Origin: Mobula hypostoma
Taxonomy: Eukaryota
DNA: 64,000 nt
NCBI RefSeq assembly: GCF_963921235.1
Contig: NC_086108.1
Span: 74,092,001-74,156,000 of the forward strand
Direction: 5' to 3'
Position 1 is the stretch's first letter. The number at the start of each line of letters is the position of its first letter. The position numbers were made by a program, and so were the translations under genes. This document shows positions 11,350 through 23,064 of this stretch, piece after piece. The notes beneath the pieces were generated by a model. The model made no database searches. It was not told where the DNA came from and worked only from the letters and a program-made list of their open reading frames with translations.

Positions 11350-13283
11350 CAGTGGCATGCAAAAGTCGGACACCCCTGTTCAAAATTTCTGTTACTGTGA
11401 ATAGTTAAGCGAGTAAAAGATGAACTGATTTCCAAAAGTCATAAAGTTGAAGATGACACATTTCTTTAATATTTTAAGCAAGAAAACTTTTTTATTTCCA
11501 CCTTTTACACTTTCAAAATAACAAAAAAAGTTTGGGCACCCTGCATGGCAGTACTTAGCAACACCCCCTTTGGCAAGTATCACAGCTTGTAAACTCTTTT
11601 TGTAGCCAGTTAAGAGTCTTTCAATTCTTGTTTGGAGGATTTTCGCCCATTCTTTCTTGCAAAAGGCTTCTAGTTCAGTGAGATTCTTGGGCCATCTTGC
11701 ATGCACTGCTCTTTTGAGGTCTATCCAAAGATTCGCGATGATGTTTAGATCAGGGGACTGTGAGGGCCATGGCAAAACCTTCAGCTTGCACCTCTTGAGG
11801 TAGGGTATTGTGGATTTTGAGGTGTGTTTAGGATCATTATCCTGTTGTAGAAGCCATCCATCTGATGGACTTTTACCACTGTACCATTGAGAGCATACTC
11901 ACCAACTGCATCTCAGTGTGGTATGGCAATTGTCCCGTATCGGACCGCAAAGCACTCCAGCATGTGATGAAAACTGCCCAGCAGATTATCGGCACCCAGT
12001 TGCCCAACATTGAGAACATCTACCATAAACGCTGCCTGGGCAGGGCAAAAAGCATTATCAAGGATGCATCTCACCCTAACTATGGACATTTTACTCTCCT
12101 CCCATCCGGTAGGCGCTACAGGAGCCTCTACTCCCGCACCAGCAGGCACAGGAAGAGCTTCTTCCCTGAGGCTGTGACCCTGCTGAACCTCATCACATTG
12201 TTAAGCAGCATTGCACCCATATTGTACTGTCTCAGTACTTTTATATTTGGGTGCTGTAGCACTTACTTTTTATTCGCAGTTATTTTATAAATAACACTAT
12301 TCTTTGCATTTCTGGTCAGATGCTAACTGCATTTCATTGGTTTTGTATATGTACTCGGCACAATGACAATAAAGTTGAATTTAATCCAATCTAATTAATC
12401 CTCTTTTCATCTTCAGCTTTTTTTACAGATGGTGTGATGTTTGCTTCCAGAATTTGCTGGTATTTAATTGAATTCATTCTTCCCTCTACCAGTACCGTGC
12501 CACTGGTTGCAATACAAGCCCAAAGCATGATCGATCCATCCCCATGCTTAACGGTTGGAGAGGGGTTCTTTTCATTAAATTTTGCACTCTTTTTTTCTCC
12601 AATGAACCTTTGCTCATTGCGGCCAAAAAGTTCTATTCAAAAGGTTCAAAGGAACATCTAAACAAGCCTGATACATTTTAGAAATAAGTCCTGTGGACTG
12701 ATGAAGTTAAAATAGAACTTTCAAAAAAGTCTCTAAAAAAGCTGAAGATGAAAAGCGGATGACATCTACAACAGGATAATGATCCTAAACATCCCTCAAA
12801 ATCCACAATGGACGACTTCAAGAGGCACAAGCTGAAGGTTTTGCCATGGCCCTCACAGTCCCCCGACCTAAACATCATCTAGAATCTGTGGATAGACCTC
12901 AAAAGAGCTGTGCATGCAAGAAGCCCAAGAATCTCACAGACCTAGAAGCCTCTTGCAAGGAAGAATGGGCGAAAATCCCCCAAACAAGAATTGAAAGACT
13001 CTTAGTTGGCTACAAAAAGTGTTTACAAGCTGTGATACTTGCCAAAGGGGGCATTACTAAGTACTGCCATACAGGGTGCCCAAACTTTTGCTTCAGGCCC
13101 TTTTCCTTTTTTGTTATTTTGAAAGTGTAAAAGATGGAAATAAAGAAGTTTTCTTGCTTAAAATATTAAAGAAATGTGTCATCTTTAACTTTATGCCTTT
13201 TGGCTCAGTTCATCTTTTAATCGCTTAGCTATTCACAGTAAGAGAAATTTTGACCGGGGTGCCCAAACTTTTGCATGCCACTG
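11350..13283. mobile_element. Tc1/mariner foldback derivative: two transposase 3' halves in inverted orientation
   Basis: Termini cagtggcatgcaaaag / cttttgcatgccactg; TA duplication at 11348-49 and 13284-85; WPSQSPDLN motif region on minus (11392-11775) and its mirror on plus (~12845-13070); QQDNDPKH region on plus. Confidence 0.85.
11862..12397 (+). mobile_element. Rex1/Babar-type LINE 3' fragment nested in the Tc1 element
   Basis: ORF 11865-12290 FYHCTIESILTNCISVWYGN...LLPSGRRYRSL; tail caataaagttgaat(ctaat)n-like. Confidence 0.8.
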
Positions 13284-13727
13284 TATATTGTGAGGCTAAC
13301 AGTGTTAATGATGAAAAGAAAGCCAGCGTCTTACTCAGGCTACGTCCACACTACACCGGATAATTTTGAAAACACCTGTTTCGTGTAAAAACGACAGGCA
13401 TCCACACTAGACGTTTTTCCAAATATCTCTGTCCACACTAAAACAGATGTTTGGGCGAATCTACTCCTACTGTGCATGCGCAGACACATCTACAGAAAAC
13501 AAGCGAAGAGGAAACGGTATAATATTTACATTTCCGCGGCGGCGTTGTGCTATTTCCATTGGTCAAAAACTCGAGTACCTACAACAACAGTGAAAGAAAG
13601 TTTTCAACAATGTCTTCAAGGAATACAAAGAAAACTGGGAAAGACAGACTGGACTTCTTCGTTTAGACAATGAAGTCGAGCTGTTTCTGCGAGTTACAAA
13701 TGACTACAAAGTCAGCAAATCAGTGGA

Positions 13728-14128
13728 GATGTTTAATTCTAAACCAGCTATTAACATAGACAATAAAGTAAACAACACACGCAAAAAGCCATCGTCTACC
13801 CAAGATCAACAATTACAGAATGTTAAATGGTCAACTCGACATAGACTACCAATCCCACATCAAACCCAAACCTATTAGGAGCAGAAGAGGGCACTCAACT
13901 CAATTTGAAACACTAACTACCAAGTCAGATGTGTACGGCAATTCATTTTCCCCCCGCACAATTAAAGCATGAAATAATCTTAATCCTAACACAGTCACAC
14001 AACCAAACCCAGTTAAATTTAAGGTAGATTTTCTTCTTCAAAAACCTCCTTCTTCAGCCCACCCTCTGCCACCTTCAGTTTAAATCCCATGCGGAATATT
14101 TTGGAGGATCAAGAACCAAGAACCAAGA
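13728..14128 (+). mobile_element. 5'-truncated LINE (CR1/L2/Crack-like) with (CCAAGAA)n tail
   Basis: RT C-terminal remnant ...SFFPRTIKA*NNL; TSD cagtgga at 13721-27 and 14129-35. Confidence 0.65.
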
Positions 14129-14282
14129 CAGTGGAATCTTCTGCCGCCAGACCTGCGCAGTATTTCTGACATTATTATTTTTAAAGATGGACTCAATCAA
14201 TTTTGGGGATCTAGTCAAAAAAGCTCACTTTACAATTGAACTCTCATGCCATTCACACCGACTGCACGTTATAACAGCGGTG

Positions 14283-14475
14283 GTCAGTCAGTGCCGGCTT
14301 AGAGACCCCAGGGTACAGGAGATCGAGGGTACGACCACCGCAAACTTGGAGACCGGAGAGTACGGACAGAAGAACAGAGGATGCAAACAGAGATACCAAG
14401 GGAACCAGCTTGAAAGCCACGTCCAGTTTAAATTCCATGCGGAATATTTTGGAGGATCAAGAACCAAGAACCAAG
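14283..14475 (+). mobile_element. SINE with a tRNA-like head and the same 3' tail as the adjacent LINE
   Basis: TSD aacagc(g/a)gtg at 14273-82 and 14476-85; B-box-like gagggtacgaccaccg; ~52-bp tail nearly identical to 14076-14128. Confidence 0.6.
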
Positions 14476-15798
14476 AACAGCAGTGCTTGTGCGGTACCAA
14501 GCAGAAGCAGAAAAAGCATTGTTGTTGTGGTGTTGTCACGACAATGTTTTTAAATCTCTCCGTTTACCCTGTCTACACTACAATGCGAAACAATCACTTT
14601 CAAATTTGCACACCCTGGAGAGTGTTTTCAAAAATCTCTGTTTTCAGGGGATAAAAATGCCGTTTCAGTGTGGACAGAAGGTCAAAACGAAGAGAAAAAG
14701 CTTCATTTTCAATATTATCCAGTGTAGTGTGGATGTAGCCTCAGTATTAATGGGAGCAAAAACAGATGGGCTGCTATGGAGCTTGTTAACCCCTGAAAAG
14801 CCAGCTGGCAAAACATTCAAGCAACTAGTAGACACTCTCCAACAGCATTTAAACCCCAAACCACTGGTCATTGCTGAAAGATTTAAATTTCACAAATGGA
14901 ATCAGAGCAAAAATGAAAGCATTTATGAATATTGTGCTGAATTGTGCAAATTATCAGAACATTGTCAATTTGGAGCTGGTCTATTGGACGCATTGAGGGA
15001 CAGGTTAGTGTGTGGCAGGCACTGTAAAACCACAGAGAAGAAGCTCCTGGGTGAAAAAGACCTTTCATTAGAGAAGGTGCTGAACATTACAATGTCAACG
15101 GAAACAGCAGTACAGGGTGCTTCAGAGATACAACAAAAATCTCTGGAGTATGCTACGAATAAAATGTCACTGAACAGAAATGAAGGAAAGAAATGTTACC
15201 TTTGTGACCCTGATGACTATTGGTTTAAAGACAAAGAATGTAGAAACTGTGGCAAACAGGGCCACATTGGCAGAGTATGCAAAGCTAGTAAACAGCAGAA
15301 AAAGGACAAAATACAGAAAAAGAAGAAACCCTGGAAAGGAAAGCACAACAATGTACACAAAATGGAAGAAAGCAGATCTGATGAAAACGACTCAGACGAA
15401 AGTGAATTGCCTTGTCTGCAACTTCACAGCATGAAAGAGACAGATGATTGAAGACTATAAGGATCTCTCCACAAGTGGCGGGCATGATACTGAAAATGGA
15501 GTTGGACACAAGCTCAAATTTAACAGTGATCTGTACACGATTACAAATGACTGTTTTCTCACATACCTCTGAAACGAACTAAACTACTGCTAAAGACTTA
15601 CACAGGACAAAAAGTGCGTCCCAAAGGTAAAATTAAAGTGATAGTGACCTACCGAGATAAAAGACAGACAGCTGAACCTCTACGTACTGAAAAATACCCA
15701 CCGTAGCTGGGACATGAATGGCTCAGGAAAATCCAGTTCGATTGGCACACCATCAAGGCCTAGATGTGTCAACAAAGGAGGGCAGCTCAGCGGGGAAG

Positions 15799-16710
15799 AT
15801 GTCCGCAGCTCTCCTCTCACCCATTTTCAACTATTACAATGACGAGGAAGAGCTAGACAGTGTCGATGATGACGAACGCAGTATCCATGGTCGCGAATCG
15901 GATGAAGATACAGAGGATGCAAGTGAGACAGATATTGCCAATAAGCAGGATGATGAAGACTACCTGGAAGTAAAAGAGCAGATGTACCAGGAGAAATTGA
16001 CATCTCTCAAAAGACAGCTACAGCAGTTACAGGAAGGCACTTTGCAGGAGTATCAGAAAAGGATGAAGAAACTAGATTAACAATACAAGAAAAGAATACG
16101 AAATGCAGAGCTTTTTCTGCAACTGGAGACAGAACAAGTGGAAAGGAATTAAAGAGAAAAAAGCAGCAGTGAAAGAATTTGAAGATTAAAAAGATTTGAG
16201 TTAGAAGAAAAGAAAAAGATGATTGAGAATGAGAGGCTATCAATGGAACTCACAGGAGATTCTATGGAGTTAAAGCCAATAATGACTAGGAAACTAAGGA
16301 GGAGATCTAATGACCGTGCTTCCATTACAGACAAAAGACGAAAACCTGCACCTGCGCAGTTAAATTACTTGTTAACAGGTGAACAGATAATGGAAGATCT
16401 GCAAACTCTCAATAAGCTTAAATCTCCTGAGCATCTTCCCAGCACTCCTGCTGAACAACCAGCACAAAGACATGAAGCACGAATAGAAGATGGAAAGTTA
16501 TATCATGAGAGGAGATGGTATCATAAAGGTCAGGCTATCTATTTGGAATCTAAGGAGAATATGAAGATTGGCTGTATAATTAGCTCAGTTGGAACAAATG
16601 AGATATGGGTAAGGAAGACAAGTGATAGCACAAAGGTACGTATATATCTAGGACAGCTGCACAGAGGAGTCTTCATTATACGGAGGCGATCTGCTGCCCA
16701 GAACTCTTAG
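15799..16710 (+). pseudogene. SUDS3: Processed (intronless) SUDS3 copy, Sin3/HDAC corepressor subunit SDS3; probable 3'UTR continues to ~17040
   Basis: MSAALLSP...[14 protein letters not shown]...[34 protein letters not shown]; ...IMTRKLRRR...[10 protein letters not shown]...[10 protein letters not shown]...[20 protein letters not shown]...IRRRSAA; premature stop 16078-16080, frameshift near 16150, internal deletions. Confidence 0.95.
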
Positions 16711-17273
16711 CAAGTTGGAGGCGCACATCTTCTTAACTCCCTATGCTCAGAGGTCAACTTTTCATTACTTTTAGGTGGAAATCTGCATTAAAATAAACAA
16801 GTTTATTGACAGACTGAAGAACACACTATTTGAAGACACTTTACAATGCCATTCTCAGTTTTGATGATTGTACATGTTTTTAAGAATAACATTCACCTTT
16901 TCACGGGTTTCACTTTGCTTTCATCATCTTTGCACGATGGAGGTGACTACTCTTTATGGCTGGAACCTGCCAGTTTGTGGATTGCTTAATTTATTCCAGA
17001 CAACAAAGTGAGACCTATTTGCTTCAGTGCCGGACAATCTAGAGAAGACCCCCCCCCCCGAGACTTGAGTTATAAATGGGTCTTAGACCAAAAGTTAAAA
17101 AAAAGGCTTGTTATAATTCGATATTATTATGTTACTTTGTTATAATTTGATATTATTAAGTTGCTAAGTAAACAAATGGTAGGCATTTGTATGTTAAGGT
17201 AAACATATTTGTTTAGCATAATGCCCCAGTAAAAAAAAACAGTTGATACACTATTGAAATAAAAGGGGAGGAG

Positions 17274-17495
17274 TGTACCATATAGCCTACATTGTAGTAA
17301 GGGACTGCTTTATGTTTTAGTAACACGTCGTTGCATGCGCTATTAGGCGTGTATGGAGCATGCACTATTAGGTGCGTATTGATCTGTATGTGTGTGTCAA
17401 GTTCGGACTCTGCCAGTAAAGAACCATGAAACTTAGCTCCTGTCTCCAGTGTTTTTATTAATAGCATTTTTGTGTACCAGGCCACATACACAACA
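17274..17495 (+). repeat. 3' LTR, with an extra ~25-bp internal tandem unit
   Basis: Preceded by the PPT, followed by TSD aaaga at 17496-17500. Confidence 0.9.
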
Positions 17496-17500
17496 AAAGA

Positions 17501-18330
17501 CATCTTCAATCTCTCACTGCTGCAGCTGGTGGTTCATATTTGCTTCAAAAGGGGGACAATCATACCAGTGCCCAAGAAGAGCAGGGTGAGCCGCCTCAAA
17601 GACTATCTCTCAGTTGCACTCACAGTACTGTGATGAAGTGTTTTGAGAGTTTGGTCTGGCCAGAATCAATTCCTGCCTAAATGCAGACCTGGACCCACTG
17701 CAATTTGCCTATCACCACAATAAGTCTACAGTGGATGTAATCTCACTGGTTCTCCGTACAGCCTTGGATCACCCGGACAATAGCAATACCTTTGCCAGGG
17801 TACTGTTTATTGATCACAGCTCAGCATTTAACACAATCATACCCTCAGTTCTAATCAAGAAACTCCAAGCCTGCGCCTCTGTACCTCCCTCTGCAACTGG
17901 ATCCTTGACTTCCTCACGGGGAGAGCACTGTCAGAGCATAACATCTCCTCCTCACTGAAGATCAAAGCTGGCACACCTCAAAGATGTGCGATTAGCCCAC
18001 TGCTCTACTCTCTCTACACCTACGCCTGTGTGGCTAGGCACAGCTCAGGTATCATCTCTAAATTTGCCAATGACACAACTATTGTCAGCAGAATTTCAGA
18101 TGGTGACAAGGAGGTGAAGAGGAGTGAGACAGATGAACTGGTTGCATGGCGTCACAACAACAGCCTTGTACTCAAAATCAGTAAGACCGAGAAATTGATA
18201 GTGGACTTCAGGAAGGGGAAGTTGAGGGAACATCCACCTGTCTTCATCGAGGGATCAGCAGTGGTAAGGTTCAGGTGCCCAGGTGTCAACATCTCTGAAG
18301 ATCTGTCCTGAGTCAAACATATTTGTTGCC
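17501..18330 (+). mobile_element. Rex1/Babar-type LINE, RT part (continuation of 9960-10716)
   Basis: ARVLFIDHSSAFNTIIPS; ISKFANDTTIVSRI. Confidence 0.8.
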
Positions 18331-18620
18331 AGCTATCAGTGACAAAAATCACCGCTTTCCGAACAAAAAAAATGCACCTGACGCTGTTTAAAAACTGTCC
18401 ACTCCAAGCACGGTGTAGTGTCTAACAGTCACACAAGTGCACTCGACTGACACAAATTAGAAACTGTTCAGCAACAGTCTCTGGTCTTAATTAAACAGCT
18501 TAGTGTTCCAAATACACCAAGGAAATCCCAGCTATTTTCTCAATTAGTTTTTCTTCAAGAGTTGTCCCAAATAAGCAACTGTCCCAATTAACCGATGGCC
18601 CAATTAACCAGAATCCACTG
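18330..18620 (-). mobile_element. pogo/Tigger-like DNA transposon end fragment
   Basis: Terminus caattaaccagaatccactg followed by TA; subterminal repeated ttaacc/gtccca motifs; only one end seen. Confidence 0.45.
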
Positions 18621-19539
18621 TATACATTCTTATTGTAATTTATAGTTTTATTGTTGTTATGTGTTTGCAATGTACAGCTGCCGCAAAACAGCAAGTTTCA
18701 CAACATATGTCAGTGATATTAAACCTGGTTCTCATTCTGATTCTGAGAATAACTGACCAACTGTACTGTAATCCAGCAGGATCTGCCAAAAGAGGATGTG
18801 ATGAGACTAAAGTATAATAGAGGATTTGTCAAACATAATTCCCATGAACAATGATTGTTAAGCTGAAAACAAATTAACAATATCATGAAATAGTTAGATA
18901 AGAAGAGCAGTGACAGTACAGAAACTAAAATGTGTTTTTTTCTTGATAACCTGTAGCAGGTAGAGCTCACCAAAGAGTAACAACATCGTATGCATGGGAT
19001 ATAGGAATGTAATTAGAGCAATTAACCCTTAACCCTGTTCCAACCATGGAGTAACAAAACAAATCTGCTTTTGGAACTGAGTGGGTTGAGCAATATCTTA
19101 ATCAGATGCTGCTTGACTCACTGAGTTCCTCCAGCAAATTAATGCTTCAAATGTCGACATCTGCAGTCTCTTGTGACTGCATTAATATGACCTTGACCAA
19201 TTCATAAACTGATTTCATATTCCTGCAGGTTTTTTTTCTCCATTTCCCTTAACGCTAAGGACAAACCAAGAACAGTCAATCTTGGATATACACCCAGCAT
19301 TTGACCCAGTATCAACTACCAACTGTGGAGGAATATTCCAGATTTCTAGCACTCTCTGTGTACAGAACTGCTTCATAATTCAACAATGTTTAGATTCTAC
19401 AACCCCTAATCTAGGCGCAGCAACCAGCTGAATTTTTTTTCTCTCTCTGTCTACCCTTTTTTTTGCTTGGAATATGATGTTGTGGGACATTGTTTCAGAG
19501 ATCTCACACAAATTTTGTTTGCAGTGCTAATGAGTCGTG

Positions 19540-19865
19540 GCAGCACAGTGGTTAACTTACTGGACTTGTACTCCTAGATCTGGGCAAATTATCTGTATTA
19601 ATTGCACTGTGGCAGCTGAAGAATTTGAACTGAAATAAACCCGTAATTAAAAAGTGAATATCAATAACGTTAGACACCATGAACCAAATAGATGTTTAAA
19701 ACCCTGTCTGCTTCATGAATACCCATCAGGGAAGGAAATAATCCATCGGTACCAGATGTGGCTTGCATGTAATCCAGACACATCAGTATAGGCAAGTCTC
19801 AACTGCCTTTTCAAAAGGTTCAGCAATGTATGGTGTAAGTAGCTGCACAGTAAATCATCAATAAA
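19540..19865 (+). mobile_element. Old tRNA-derived SINE of the common shark/ray type
   Basis: A-box-like ggcagcacagtggtt; internal cagggaaggaaat...gtaatccagac motif; degraded. Confidence 0.45.
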
Positions 19866-21785
19866 TGCAAAGAATTTTAAAATAGGTTTAATAGTTTGAA
19901 TTTGGGGGAGGGGGGAGCTGGGGGGGGCTTTGGGGTTCTATCATAACCGTTATTCATTCTTTGGGGCACTCCTCTGTTTTCGTGTTGTTTGCGAAGAAAA
20001 AAAATTTCAAGATGGATATTATATATATTTCTCTGACATTAAATGTACCAATTGAAACTTGCCAACAAAGGCTTTTATAAACGGCCCATTGACACTGGTT
20101 TGAAGATCAGTGACTCCATGTTGCCTAAAAGCAGTCAAGACTATTTGACTGACTAACCCTCAAGCCAGAGACAACTTGGTGGCTTATCAATGCATGTGGC
20201 AACTGTTCTTGATATGATTATTCAAAGAAGACAAAAAGAAACAAGGCAGATCATTTTGGGCATCTGAAAGGATGTTAAGTTATTGACGGTTGAAATCAAT
20301 CTTAAATGCACAGTAGAATTAGCATCAAGTCCAGGCAGTAAATTTAAAACATAGAACAGTAGAGCACAGGAAGATGCCCTTTATAATTTTACTGGGAATT
20401 AGCCGAATTATGTGTAATCCCTTCTGCCTACACATATGCATTTACATACATATGTGCCTGTCTAAGGTTCTCTACAACATATCAACCATATTTGTCTCCA
20501 ACGCTGGCAATGTTTTCCAAGCACTCCCTACCCTGTGTAAAAGATGCACATCTCCTTTAAACTTACCACCCAAGGTCCCTTTGTATGTCTGTACTGTTAA
20601 GGGTTCTGCTATTAACTGTGCACTGTCATTTTACATTTGATCTTCTAAAGTGTAACACCTCAGATTTGACCCGATTAAACTCCATCTGCCATTTTTCCAC
20701 CCAGATACACATATTCCACTGTATCCTTTGGCAATCCTCTTACGCATCCACAGTGCCACCAATCTTCGTATTGTCTGCAAAGTTACTAACCCACCCAGCA
20801 ATTAAATTCACCACTTAGTGATTGAATTATTATTGTCACATGAACCGATATACAGTGGAAAACCTCGTTTTGCATACCATCCATTAGGTCTTTTCATCAC
20901 ATCAGTACATCAAGATAATACAAGGAAAAAGTAATAACAGAATGTAGAATAGAGTGTTACATTTACAGAACAAGTAGACAATAACGTGCAAGGCCATAAC
21001 GAAGTAGATAGTGAAGTCAGGAGTCCATCTTACCGTATAACTGGACCAATCATTATTCTTAAAACAATGGAATGGAAGCTGAGTGTGAGCATGAAGCTAT
21101 ATGCTATCAGGCTTTAGTATCTCTTCTGTTCCATGGAGGTGTGGGGGGTGGGGTGAGGACAGAGAATGTCTGAGGTGGGAGGGCTCGTTGATTATGTTGG
21201 CAACTTTACTGATGCCGTACAGACAGAGTCACTTGGAGGGGAGGCTGATTATAGACTATGGGAAGGAATTGGGGATTGTGCCTACATTGGAACATGGGCA
21301 TAGATATCCACCTATTTATGGGTGATGAATAGAATTAAATAACATATAATGAGGGCTGATTCATACAACATGGAGGCATTGGCATTCCAAGTGAAGCTTG
21401 TAATTTTGACAAGTTTGATTTTTTTAAAGCAAATTCTTGGAAAAAATATTTATAAGTTAATGGTTGATTATTTAAATTGATAGTGAATTCACGTGTATTT
21501 GTGGTATTATGTAAAAAGGAAAACACATGAGATAATTCCAGTAAGATGGTGGCACGCTCGGATACAGAGGCCACTTCGGGTCTAATCAAAGGTTACTTGT
21601 TGGTCTTGTATGACTTTTTCACAATTACAAGTCACTGCTGGATACTAAGAACATCAGGTGCTGCTGGATTATCCCATCAGCGAGTTGCTTGATCGTGATA
21701 GAGCTGGACTTATTGCGTTCTGTTGTTTTATCACCTTGTTGTGTACCGATGGACAAAGGTGTGATTGCTTGTCTTGGACATTTTT

Positions 21786-22816
21786 TTTTAATTTTATTTT
21801 TATTTGGATAAGGAATTCACAATTATCATGTACTTTTTTCACACATATAACCTTTTCCATTTTTTTATATGTATAAAACTACAATTATTTATACATTCTT
21901 AAGTACACATTGAGATGATATAAAAGGAAAATAAACATTTAAATAGATAATTATGTACTGTGGTAAATCTAACCTATTAGGCTAAGTAATGAAATTAGTT
22001 GTTAAGAGAAATGGTAATAATAGTTTCCATACAACCCTTCTGGACCATTTCGACTGGTCCAAAATGTTGCATACAAGCCTATATACCAACCATTGTAGGT
22101 GTTTATATCCCAATTTGTTCGTGCTTGTTCCTGCCCGCAGACATAATTATCCAATCCCTATGTACTTATTTACTTAATTTTTTCATTTTTTTTATCCCTT
22201 TCCCAAATCTTTCCCTTTACTTGTGTTAATTCTCTATTTTCCAAAAAAAAACAAACATTTAGACTAGGGGTGCTTACGTTAGCAATATTACTGTGTTGAT
22301 GAGAAGAGCAATATAAATCATTAGGAGAGTCATCTAAAGTCTGCTCGCATTGGGGTTATATATTCAATCCATTTATTCCAGATTTGATAAAATGTTTCTT
22401 TTTGAGTTCTCAGGGAGTAAGTCAACTTTTCCATTTTAAATATTTCCAAGATAATTTCGTACCAATCTTCTAATGTAGGTGGTATTGGATTTAGCCATTT
22501 TCTAGTGATTGATTTCTTACTTGCCGCTAAGAGGGCCTGCAGCAACTTTATATCTTCCTTCTGTTCAAGGAACAATACATGCCCCAAATAGAGCATCTCA
22601 AAGTTCAGAGGTATCTGGGACCTAAGTACCTTAACTAATATTCTATGAATACCTTCCCAAAATAGACTTAATTTAGGGCAATCCCAGAAAATATGAAAAT
22701 GATTTGCCTCCTTGGAGCCGCACCTTCTCCAACACATCACATTTGTATCTTTATATTTTTCCTGATATGGGGTCTTGAAGTATCTTATAATGTTTTTCCA
22801 ACAATGTTCTCTCCAA
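21786..22816 (-). mobile_element. 5'-truncated L1-clade LINE
   Basis: ORF2 C-terminal CCHC domain CWRRCGSKEANHFHIFWDCPKL (22330-~22816); A-rich tail; 15-bp TSD gtcttggacattttt at 21771-85 and 22817-31. Confidence 0.85.
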
Positions 22817-23064
22817 GTCTTGGACATTTTTATTGTGATTGCCAAACCCTGTTGGATATTGGTAATACAGAACATAGCAAGTCTGGTTCACTGGTTCACT
22901 GGCAAGGCTGACGGTGGGAGAGCTGCATTGTCTTGGTTGTGGTGAGAACTAGGCCTATGCTGAGGATGAGTGGGTGGGGTCACGTAGTCACCTACAGATG
23001 GAAATGTTGAGGAGATGTGCGAAGGCCTCTGGAATCTGTTCTGGGTTAGGGGCTGCTCTTGTCA

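Larger units (their letters stand above)
13338..14740 (+). mobile_element. Non-autonomous PIF/Harbinger-type element inserted in gag
   Basis: TIR ggctacgtccacactaca / tgtagtgtggatgtagcc; 3-bp TSD tca (13335-37, 14741-43); remnant DNEVELFLRVTNDYKVSK resembles the Harbinger Myb/SANT-like ORF. Confidence 0.8.
11272..15790 (+). pseudogene. Disrupted gag-protease of the LTR element (pieces 11272-11349, 13286-13337, 14744-~15790)
   Basis: MAMIGTITAFDNGIEDWATYIERVEL|YCEANSVNDEKKASVLL|MGAKTDGLLWSLLTPEKP...PLVIAERFKFH...CRNCGKQGHIGRVC (zinc knuckle)...LKMELDT (aspartic protease)...[13 protein letters not shown]. Confidence 0.85.
10717..17495 (+). mobile_element. Non-autonomous Gypsy-type (K02A2.6-like) LTR retrotransposon carrying a captured SUDS3 cDNA
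   Basis: LTRs 10717-10916 and 17274-17495 (TGT...ACA); 5-bp TSD aaaga on both sides; PBS TGGCGACGAGG (10920-10930, tRNA-Ser type); PPT aaaaggggaggag (17261-17273); gag and protease remnants; no RT, RNaseH or integrase core. Confidence 0.9.

Noticed and set aside
14483..15451. 322-aa ORF as a functional gene
   Set aside because: Chimeric: the first ~87 codons come from the Harbinger right end read into a gag fragment; the true gag start (11272) is separated by two insertions
15718..16710. SUDS3 as the functional host gene
   Set aside because: Intronless, with a premature stop at 16078-16080, a frameshift near 16150 and internal deletions, and it lies between LTRs
17097..17104. A8 run as the retrocopy poly(A) tail
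   Set aside because: Short, no AATAAA just upstream, no matching TSD, and it lies after the pol-terminus-like RRPPPPRLEL* segment, so probably element 3'UTR
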